64,000 nt of DNA from Candidatus Bathyarchaeota archaeon. GTDB taxonomy: Archaea; Thermoproteota; Bathyarchaeia; Bathyarchaeales; Bathycorpusculaceae. The stretch is from the NCBI GenBank assembly GCA_963806535.1, contig CAWDYC010000007.1, forward strand, positions 288,001-352,000. The letters run 5' to 3'. Of the stretch, positions 32,007-40,469 are shown piece by piece. Both the position numbers and the translations under genes were made by a program. Below the pieces are notes generated by a model. That model ran no database searches and was not told the DNA's origin. It saw only the letters and a list, made by a program, of their open reading frames with translations. Every line of letters starts with the position of its first letter. Position 1 is the stretch's first letter.

Positions 32007-32453
32007 AACTTACTTTCTTCCCACGTTCTCAACCGCAAATTGATGTTTTTCCTTTATCTCCATTCGGAGCTGACAGTTTTCTTTTCCAATACAGTAATCG
32101 CAACTTACATATTCTTTTGGGGTTTGGCAATCTATTACTATTTGAGCATACAAGTTTTCTCAACCTCGGGAAGCAACACAACGACAAGAACTTGCTTATA
32201 GGCAATATCAACTAAGTTACAGCACTAGTTCCAGCAGGATAATTCGTCTTTACCATCAAGTTTAAACAAAAAAATGCATCAAAATTCTGTTTCTATTGTT
32301 TCAGCCCTCGAACTCCGATTTATATCTACCAGCAAGTCTTGCCAAAATTCTGACTGACTTTTCAGCAAAAACATATTTAGACCTTACCCAGAAATCAACT
32401 GAACAGTAAACTAACGTTAATCGAATTGGTGAAGATTTGGGAGTGTAATTGGT

Positions 32454-33897
32454 TTGGTTAAAATTCAGTTTGTAGAGCCGCCAAAAGATTACTGGTTTGT
32501 TATGGGCGAATATCTTCCTCCGCCATACGGAATTCTTCAGCTCGCAGCATATCTTGAAAACAAAATGGAGGACGTGGAAATTGAAGTCATAGACTGCCAA
32601 GCAATGTCTCTAGACTGGCCTGGACTGGAGAAGAGAATTGAAGCATTTAATCCTGACATTGTCGCAGCAAGCGGATTAGCAACCTGCAACGTTTACATTA
32701 CAGCCCGCACCTTGGAATTGGCGAAGAAGCTAAAGCCGAACGTCGTGACTGTAACGGGCGGTCAGCACTTCACAGCACTGGCTCAAGAAAGCCTTGAAGC
32801 TTACCCAGAAATTGATGTTGTTGTACGAGGTGAAGGCGAAGAAACGTTCCTAGAGTTGGTTAAAGCGGTAAGCGAGAAATCAGACTTTTCAGCAATCAAA
32901 GGCATTTCGTTTCGTCATGAAAAGAAGATTTTTCATAATCCTCCAAGACCTTTGATTGAAAACTTGGATCAATTGCCTTTTCCAGGATATCATTTCGTAA
33001 AGGATTACGCTCACCGATACCATTTCACCATGATGGCGGGTTCCAAAGCGAAATACGGAATGATTGAAGGGTCAAGAGGCTGCCCTAACCGCTGCACTTT
33101 CTGTTCTCAATGGAAACATTGGCAGGGCGCATGGCGACACAAATCTGTAAAACGAATAGCAGATGAAATGGAATATCTATACAACAACTATGGCAGCAAG
33201 CTCCTGTGGCTAACAGATGACAACTTTGGCTTGGGCAAACGAACCGAAGACCTCTGTGACGAACTCATTAAACGTCCTTTCTCCAAAGATATAACAGGTT
33301 TCATGCAGGTTCGATGTGACGATGCAGCAAAAAACCCAAGAATCGTAGAAAAAATGAGCAAAGCCGGAATCAACTGGTTCCTTCTAGGTGTAGAAAGCCA
33401 AAGCAAAGTCACTCTTGACCGCTTCAACAAAGGCACCAAACCTGAAGACGCTGCAACAGCCGTTAAACTGCTCAAACAGAACGGCATATTCTCACAAGCA
33501 ACATGCATCGTCGGAAACCGAGCTGACACGGCTGAATCAATAAGTGGACTAAGACAATTTGTCAACGACATCGACCCCGACATTGCCATCTTCATGGTTC
33601 TAACCCCGTTTCCAGGAACAGACCTCTACCAAGAAGCAAAGAGTAAAGGCTGGATTGAAGACTATAACTGGGCTAACTACGACATGGTACACGCAACAAT
33701 GCCTACCGAAACCTTGACAAGAGAACAAGTACAGCAAGAGCTGACCAAGTGTTACCAGTCGTTCTATGGCTCATGGGGTAGACTACTGCAGGGTGTTTTC
33801 TCAAGAAACAAAGTGAAAAAGCAGAGTGTACCGCTACATGGCTCGTCAAGGAGTAGTAAGACAACTGGAAAGCATTAAGCCGCTGATTCCATGTTAA
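32454..33897 (+). CDS. Cobalamin-dependent radical SAM protein (BchE-like class B)
   Basis: B12-binding N domain (PPYGILQLAAYL, GGQHFT), SRGCPNRCTFC, YDMVHATMPT; frameshift near 33820. Confidence 0.9.
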
Positions 33898-34694
33898 AAA
33901 CCAAGAACCCACCAATCGAACCAACCCTAATGTTTCTTATCTTTATCTCCCTCTTTGGATTAGCCCTTTCTTTCGTATTGGTTGTCAACCTCAGGTAGGA
34001 ACGCCGTCTGATGGCTTCGGACTGAGAAAACCGTTGGTGGGCTTAGTATTTGGCGCGCTCTGCGTATTAGGAATCTTCGCCTCGATTTACCCCAGTTCAT
34101 GTTCCAAGAGTTTTTGATTATGAAAAAAACATGCAGCACGAGAATGAAGCTGGAAAACAACGAGATGTAAGCATTCGTGGACATCACCCAACGTGCAGAA
34201 ATTATTCTGCCCACATTCTGAAAGTCAAAAACAGAATATTCTGCGCTACATGTACAGGTTTCTCCGTCGGTGCAATTATCGCATTAATAGGTGTCGGGCT
34301 ATTCTTTTTTGGGCCATTCAGCTTCGGAACAAAACCATTGATTGCAATGATTATCGGCGCTTTTGCTGTGTCAATAGGCTTGTTGCATTCAATCCTGCCT
34401 GGCTTCAGAGTCGGTTTCTCACGCTTCATTGCTAGTGCTTTTTTCGCTGTAGGATCGTTTCTGATCCTTGCTAGTGTAGAAGATGCTTTGCGTAATACTT
34501 CAATTGACTTTTTCTTCGTTTTGCTGAGTGTACTTTGGCTTATGACAGATACCGCTCTGTCACGATGGGATCATCGAAGGATATGCGCCAAATGTCTGTC
34601 AGAATCTTGCGGTCGCAAGAGCTTAATTAGGTTGGGCTTGGTCTTGAGCGACTCATTCGGTAGATCGCTCCTGCAATCAATAAGATTCCAATGA
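33891..34694 (+). CDS. Membrane protein with His/Cys cluster (DUF2085-like; frameshifted N-terminus)
   Basis: GHHPTC..SAH....RIFCATCTG followed by TM helices. Confidence 0.55.
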
Positions 34695-34963
34695 CTATTA
34701 CGATAATAATCCATAGATCAGGCGTTGCAGAAACTAGACCCTGATGCTTGTGCCAATGCAAAAGCGCCCCATATCAAGATTATTGCTCCTATAACTAATC
34801 CGACGATTGCACCGCCGTGCGGAAGCCCGAAACATTCATTTTCAGCTCTTCTACGTTCGTAACGTCGTGATTCATAGGTTCCTGTACGTAGACTTGCGCC
34901 ACATTTGACACAAAATTCTGCTGTATCATCATTCAGAGTGCCGCATTTTGGACAATAAACCAT
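34627..34963 (-). CDS. Zinc-ribbon domain membrane protein (frameshifted)
   Basis: YCPKCG...FCVKCGASL, ECFGLP, TM helices. Confidence 0.8.
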
Positions 34964-35133
34964 ACAATTACCGGCTAAGAAGTTGTTTGTCCGTTACTGT
35001 TAATAAGTTTTTAGCATAATTCACTTCGCTGATTAAACAAATTTCTTACAAACGTTAAATTTTATGCTTTTTTTCAATTAAAACCGTGCGCTTAGTTACG
35101 GATAAATACAACTTTCACAATATTTAATTATAA

Positions 35134-36093
35134 ATGGAAGTTTTTAAACGAAATAAAACAATAGCTTTGATTTTGATATTAATAGTTATCATTTCGACAA
35201 TTTCAGTAGTGTTTTTAGTTCAGAACATTTCTAAACCTCCTTCGAGCCCAAACTCTTCTCCGTCGCCAACGCCTATTACTACTGCTTCTCCAACCAAAAA
35301 TTCTCCAACACCTACTATTAAGGCCACTTTGCCTCCGACTTTTACTCCCCCTTCCACTTCACTGCCCACACCTACAAGTTCATTCTTCCCGGGCGAAGTT
35401 ACTCAATATCAGGGCCAAGGCCTAACCTCAATTAGTATTTACATCGATTATCTTTATCAGCATCCTGACGTTGCAATTCATGGAGCACAAAATATTAACG
35501 AAGCATCATACCACTTAGCAATTACTGGCCTCGTGAATAATCCAATAAATTATAGCTACGATGAGATTGTTGACAACTTTTCTTCAACCCTGGATGTGGC
35601 TACTCTACCTTGTGTGGAAGGATGGAGCGTAACCTTGTTATGGCAAGGGGTTCAGATAAGCGACCTTATCCAGCCACTTGGTGTTAGCCCAAATGCAACA
35701 ACGCTCATTTTCTTAGCTGCCGACGGCTACTCAACTTCACTTCCATTAGATTATATAAAACAGAATAACATTACGATAGCTTACAAAATGAATAACGTTA
35801 CCCTTACACCTCTAACGGGATTTCCATTCTTTCTTGTGGCCAAAAACCAGTATGGGTACAAATGGATTGAGTGGTTAACGGAAATCAACGTGTCGAACGA
35901 TTCAAACTATCTTGGATACTGGGAAAGCCAAGGCTACCCCAACAACGCAACTGTTAGCAATACTAGTAACAATTCACAACTGCTAACAAGTGTTCCAATC
36001 AGCACCTTAGTCATATCCATTTCGATTCCGTGTATAGCCATTGCAGGAGCGATATTTGTCCACCGACACAAAATAAAGAAAAAACAGAAATGA
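35134..36093 (+). CDS. Sulfite-oxidase/MsrP-like molybdopterin oxidoreductase, membrane-anchored
   Basis: LPCVEGWS..W.GV, ADGYSTSLPL, GFP, YGYKW..W, GYWE..GY; P/S/T linker. Confidence 0.85.
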   Translation: MEVFKRNKTIALILILIVIISTISVVFLVQNISKPPSSPNSSPSPTPITTASPTKNSPTPTIKATLPPTFTPPSTSLPTPTSSFFPGEVTQYQGQGLTSISIYIDYLYQHPDVAIHGAQNINEASYHLAITGLVNNPINYSYDEIVDNFSSTLDVATLPCVEGWSVTLLWQGVQISDLIQPLGVSPNATTLIFLAADGYSTSLPLDYIKQNNITIAYKMNNVTLTPLTGFPFFLVAKNQYGYKWIEWLTEINVSNDSNYLGYWESQGYPNNATVSNTSNNSQLLTSVPISTLVISISIPCIAIAGAIFVHRHKIKKKQK

Positions 36094-36261
36094 ACAATGT
36101 TACTGGAATCCTTCCTCGGCGCAATTTTAATAATTAGGAGTTTTTTGTAATTTTTTCACTTTAGCTTGCAAGCATACCCAAAATCTTCGCTCAATCCATA
36201 GGCTTCTAAAAAGTAGTAAAGAATTTGGAAAAAGTAGAGTGCTCAAATTGAATTCGAGATT

Positions 36262-36410
36262 TCAGCTAGTAAACCTGCGGATAATGCCTGTTTGAATTAA
36301 AAATTGGACTCGTTTATGAACGGCGGTGAGGGACAAGTTTAGTCTCTCAGCAAACTCGGCGTACGAGAGCCTGGAATTCACCAACAGCAACTGAACGAGG
36401 GTTAAAGAAT
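36262..36410 (-). pseudogene. Lrp/AsnC wHTH remnant
   Basis: Hand translation LVQLLLVNSRLSYAEFAERLNLSLTAVHKRVQFLIQTGIIRRFTS*; no in-frame start. Confidence 0.7.
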
Positions 36411-36560
36411 TTTAATAATTAATAGTTCAACTTGACCAACGTCCCCGTTGAGGTTTCAGGTTTTCGTTTTGATACTAAAAGTAAACGGGAGTTTTGACCA
36501 AGGCAGCTGTGTGGTTGATAGAGATCTATTTGGAGAATATCGGTTATTGAAAGCTTAGGT

Positions 36561-36600
36561 GATCGCCGCGTTCGCAACGCGGAGCCGCGGGTTCAAATCC
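36561..36600 (+). tRNA. tRNA-Ala(CGC) fragment, not a complete gene
   Basis: GATC-G-CCGCG TTCGCAA CGCGG-AGCC-GCGGGTTCAAATCC: anticodon stem-loop plus T-loop; no acceptor stem found. Confidence 0.7.
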
Positions 36601-36740
36601 ATATAGACTCAACCCTATTGATTGATTCCGGTTGGCTTCGACAAGTTTCCCAAGTCCACTAAACGGTAGTCAAAAATGTATTCACCACTTTTTCATAAGA
36701 TTGGAAAAGCTAAACGAAAAGCTTGAGCACTGAAAGTGAG

Positions 36741-37760
36741 TCATTTGACTATATTTTGTGGTTTCTCCTTAGCGAAGGCCTTAATATTTTCAATAGTGCC
36801 ATTAACAAGCCTCTCCAACGATTCCTTACTGTTAAACGCGCAGTGGGGCGTTATGATAACGTTATTTAGCCTCAAAAGAATATGTTCCCTCAGCATCGTT
36901 GCCAACTGTTCCCTTGGGAGATTGTCCAAAAGCAGCTGTGCCTCCTCTCGAATAAGCGCTTCCTCCTCTAAAACATCCAAGCCTGCACCTCGAAGGTGAC
37001 CATTTAATAATGCTTCGGTAAGTGCTTGCGAATCGATTAGGCTGCCTCTTGCAGTGTTAATTACAACGGTTCCTTTTTTCATTAGTTTGATTGTGTCCTT
37101 ATTTAAGAAGTGGCGAGTTTCATCATTGAGCGGCAAATGGAGAGTAACTATGTCTGATTTCGATAGTAAATCTGTCCAATCCACATATTGGAATCCCAAA
37201 GCATCCGCTAAAATGTTGTCTGGAAATTTGTCATAAGCCAACACATTCATTTTAAAGCCCTTGGCTATTTCAATTACTTTAGTACCAATTCTACCAGTGC
37301 CAAGAACGCCAAGGACTTTGCCGTTTAAATCAAAGCCTCCTACACCTTCACAAGTAAAGTCACCCTGACGGGTCCTTTCGTATGAATCATGAATATTGCG
37401 TGATAGCGAAAGAATCAGAGCAAAAGTGTGCTCGGCAACAGTAACCTCACCATAATAAGGAACATTACAAACTAAAATGCACCTTCGTTTGCAAACCTCA
37501 AGGTCAATATGGTCAAAACCCGTTGAACGAGTAGCGATTAAATGCGTTTTTTTAAGTTTAGAGATGATATTGCTGTTCAGGTTAGAGTAGATAAAAACTG
37601 AGATTACCTCAAAATCAACTATCTGGTCAACATTTGCTTCACTTAATTGATCTTTGAACAAACGAATCTCATTATCGGCCAAGCCCTTACATAAAAATGG
37701 TTTCTCCCAATCTTGAACCTCAAAGAAAGCAATCCTCAAAAAAGCACACCGTAATAACAT
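36741..37760 (-). CDS. D-2-hydroxyacid (D-lactate-type) dehydrogenase
   Basis: RSTGFDHID, GTGRIG, INTARG, TPHCAF. Confidence 0.93.
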   Translation of the reverse strand: MLLRCAFLRIAFFEVQDWEKPFLCKGLADNEIRLFKDQLSEANVDQIVDFEVISVFIYSNLNSNIISKLKKTHLIATRSTGFDHIDLEVCKRRCILVCNVPYYGEVTVAEHTFALILSLSRNIHDSYERTRQGDFTCEGVGGFDLNGKVLGVLGTGRIGTKVIEIAKGFKMNVLAYDKFPDNILADALGFQYVDWTDLLSKSDIVTLHLPLNDETRHFLNKDTIKLMKKGTVVINTARGSLIDSQALTEALLNGHLRGAGLDVLEEEALIREEAQLLLDNLPREQLATMLREHILLRLNNVIITPHCAFNSKESLERLVNGTIENIKAFAKEKPQNIVK

Positions 37761-37978
37761 TTAGTGTGGTGTTTCAGTTAAACAATTTGGTAATTCGTTT
37801 CAATGCTTTCCTCTTTCATGACAGGTTACAACTGACGCTAAATCAACTTTAAGGTGAGGTTAAGCTACTTAAATTGACACTTATGGAAACTCTTTAGTTA
37901 ACTAAAAATATTAGTTTTTACTATAGCTTATTTGAGCTTGTTATTGTTTAATCGTTGAATTTTGGTTTGGCATTTAGT

Positions 37979-38299
37979 ATGTCTTCGGAATTAAGAACAA
38001 TTTTGAATAAAGTAGCTGAAGAAAACTATAAACGAGAAGAAAATGCGGTTGAGCAAGCATTTCAGCGTTACAAACCTCTCCTCTTGAAAATTGCCGGTTT
38101 TAAGGGAATCGATGTTTTAGTTTCCTTTGAAGGAACCAAACAAGCCGATTCGAAAGAAGAGCAAGCAGATTTATGCATGCTCGAAAAAGCCAGCTTAATC
38201 AGAGGCCATACCAAAAACAGTAATCACAACACCTACCGACAATACGAACTCACAGAGAAGGGAGCTGAATTAGCAGAGAAGATCGCAAAAGAGGATTGA
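37979..38299 (+). CDS. Hypothetical protein with wHTH-like C-terminus
   Basis: LEKASLI....YELTEKG. Confidence 0.55.
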   Translation: MSSELRTILNKVAEENYKREENAVEQAFQRYKPLLLKIAGFKGIDVLVSFEGTKQADSKEEQADLCMLEKASLIRGHTKNSNHNTYRQYELTEKGAELAEKIAKED

Positions 38300-38308
38300 A
38301 GTTGGCTT

Positions 38309-38527
38309 ATGGATAACGATTTCAAAGTAGGCGATCATGTTGAGTGGAATTCAGAAGTAGGCAGAGTTCAGGGGACTATAAGGAAAAAAATTACCTCCGA
38401 AATCGAATTCAAAGGTTACATGGTTCATGCCTCGAAGGAAGAACCGCAATATTTGATTAAGAGCGACAAAACCGAACATTTAGCCATGCACAAAGGCTCA
38501 GCCCTCAAAAAGATAAGCAAAAAATAA
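38309..38527 (+). CDS. DUF2945 (Hva1 Tudor-like) protein
   Basis: FKVGDHVEWNSE.G...ASKEEPQY.IKSDKT.H.AMHKGSAL. Confidence 0.9.
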   Translation: MDNDFKVGDHVEWNSEVGRVQGTIRKKITSEIEFKGYMVHASKEEPQYLIKSDKTEHLAMHKGSALKKISKK

Positions 38528-38799
38528 AGGCAAGCTAGAGCCTACAAAGGTTATTCTCAAGCTATTTAGTGTCTACTTTAACAAATTTGTAATACAATTT
38601 TTCTCCAGTTGATTTCTTGATAGCTCTGGATTCGACAGCCCCTTCTTTCTCCAAGTTCTCGAGAGTAAGGCGAAACTTCGACTCTGGAGCCATACCATAA
38701 CTCCAAGCTGTGCCGTGTTGTCCACGCTTGCCAACCACACACATTTATCAGGTTATTCCCTCTTCATAACTTTTTAATGCTTGCGGAGGTGACATTTCA

Positions 38800-39009
38800 A
38801 TGTCTGAATGGCCCGGAGGAATAAGTGGCGGCGACTACGACAAAAGAGATGTACCTATCCCAGAGCCAAAAATTGAGCCAGATGGAACATACCGCTGTTC
38901 AGTTTGCAACCAAGGTTTCTCAACAAGACAAGGCTACGACGACCACTACATAAATGACCACACAAAGGAGAAAACAGAGAAAAACTATGCCGAACCTTAT
39001 ACAAAATAG
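38800..39009 (+). CDS. Small C2H2 zinc-finger protein
   Basis: YRCSVCNQGFSTRQGYDDHYINDH; GGAGGTG RBS. Confidence 0.75.
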   Translation: MSEWPGGISGGDYDKRDVPIPEPKIEPDGTYRCSVCNQGFSTRQGYDDHYINDHTKEKTEKNYAEPYTK

Positions 39010-39049
39010 AAACAGGAAACATCCGAGGATATCGGAACAAAGCAGCGCT

Positions 39050-39073
39050 TGTAGATGTGGTTCTACAGTCACA
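39050..39073 (+). promoter_or_regulatory. Palindromic box, copy 7
   Basis: TGT AGA TGT GGTTCT ACA GTC ACA; TTAA 5 nt downstream. Confidence 0.8.
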
Positions 39074-39131
39074 AATCGTTAAGTAGAATTGAAAAGATAA
39101 TAAGTCAGTTATACAAGAGGTGATTGGACAA

Positions 39132-39251
39132 ATGAGGTTTTTGCATAATAACAAAGGTGGTTTAGCTGGGTGGCTCTGGTCAGCTATTGTAGTAGTAGTA
39201 TTAATAATAGTTCTTATCGTTGTTGTGAGATTTCTTCTTCACTTGATATAA
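39132..39251 (+). CDS. 39-aa single-TM peptide (not in ORF track)
   Basis: GAGGTGA RBS, then MRFLHNNKGGLAGWLWSAIVVVVLIIVLIVVVRFLLHLI. Confidence 0.65.
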   Translation: MRFLHNNKGGLAGWLWSAIVVVVLIIVLIVVVRFLLHLI

Positions 39252-39427
39252 GGCAAGCTGAAAGAAAGATTCGACCGAATCTTTAGCTTACCCTATCTGT
39301 TTGTGTTGCGTTGAGTTTTATCAAAATTAAAAATCCAGTTAAGCCTAAAAAAATTAGTGTCATCTAAGTAAGAGCGCACGCAAAAAGTTTCAACTGAGAA
39401 CAAAAAGAAAAGTACTGAGTTAGAACT

Positions 39428-39841
39428 TCAGCTGTCTGAGGTCGAGGATGTGTTCAGGACCACGGCGGCGCGAATAAGAGCTATCAGAGCCTCCTCGTCA
39501 ATCTTGTCTCCTTCATGGAAGTCGATCGCACGTCTTGCGCTACCCTCGAGACATGAATTGAAGAGACCTGAGGGGTCATCCAACGAGGCACCCCTGGGAA
39601 ATGTCATCTTTACGACATTCTTGTAGATCTCCCCGGTGCAGATTAACCCGTTGTGAGACCAAACTGCGACGCCCAGCGGATTGGACGGCTTTATCCACTT
39701 TACTTCCTCGACAACTTTTGGGTCGGCTTGCTTGATCAACGAACGGAGGCGGGAAAGCATCACTCCGCGCCAGTCGCCTAGCTCCCGGATCCTAGCGTCT
39801 ATCGATCGAGATGAATCATCAACAGCTTTATTTTGGGGCAT
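39428..39841 (-). CDS. DUF1801 protein
   Basis: DWRG..L..LR.LI..ADP.V.EEVKW, GASLDDPSGLFN. Confidence 0.9.
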   Translation of the reverse strand: MPQNKAVDDSSRSIDARIRELGDWRGVMLSRLRSLIKQADPKVVEEVKWIKPSNPLGVAVWSHNGLICTGEIYKNVVKMTFPRGASLDDPSGLFNSCLEGSARRAIDFHEGDKIDEEALIALIRAAVVLNTSSTSDS

Positions 39842-39897
39842 CTTTTTACCATATTTATTTGATCATTAATTAATAAACTTTGGAGATTAGTTTTCAG

Positions 39898-40221
39898 ATG
39901 AACACTTACGTCGTTTTGTTCCGTGGTGGATTGCCCAAAAGAGAAATTAACTGATGATTATCTTAGCCGCTTTACCAATTGGGCCAAGTTTGTCTCAAAG
40001 ACTTGCGGCTTGAAAACAGGCTTAGGCCGGAAGGCAAGATAATCTCGGGCAAGAATGGCGAAAATGTCTCGAATGTTGAGTTTAGTGACTTGTTAATCGG
40101 AGGATATATCGTGATAGAAACTGATGACTACGACAGTGCTGTTTCGAAACTTAAAGCATGTCCGATTTTCGAGAACGGCGGTTCAGTAAAGGTTCGTGAG
40201 GTACTGCCCGTACAGGCCTAA
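39898..40221 (+). CDS. YciI-like protein (frameshifted)
   Basis: YVVLFRGG ... LIGGYIVIE...ACPIFENGGSVKVRE. Confidence 0.7.
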
Positions 40222-40429
40222 AGCATCTGTATATCCCTGTTATATCTGTCTTTTTTCAAAAAAATTTTTACTTCCTTAATTTCGCGTTGTTAAGATGGGA
40301 TTGCTGAGGCTCTGGAACAAACTGAAGGAGAAAAGAATGGAAAATGAAAACCAAACCATTCTTCAACCGCGACTACGTAAATTTTATCCAAAGCCCACTC
40401 AGCCCCAATCTTTCACTCATATTATTTTA

Positions 40430-40465
40430 GTCCCAAAAAAAGGGAAAGGGAAAATTGTGTTTCGC
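40430..40465 (-). terminator. Pyrimidine/T-rich archaeal terminator of the beta-propeller gene
   Basis: TTTTCCCTTTCCCTTTTTTT on minus strand directly after the stop codon. Confidence 0.5.
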
Positions 40466-40469
40466 GTTT

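Noticed and set aside
35230-35385. Low-complexity C-rich repeats
   Set aside because: Encode a Pro/Ser/Thr linker; not a DNA repeat element
36306-36403. Apparent long hairpin with SAM-I-like words (GAGGGAC, CAGCAAC)
   Set aside because: SAM-I P1/P3 cores are missing, and the minus strand translates as an Lrp/AsnC HTH remnant, which explains the sequence
38709-38748. TGT/ACA-rich stretch upstream of the C2H2 gene
   Set aside because: Cannot be aligned to the 24-bp consensus
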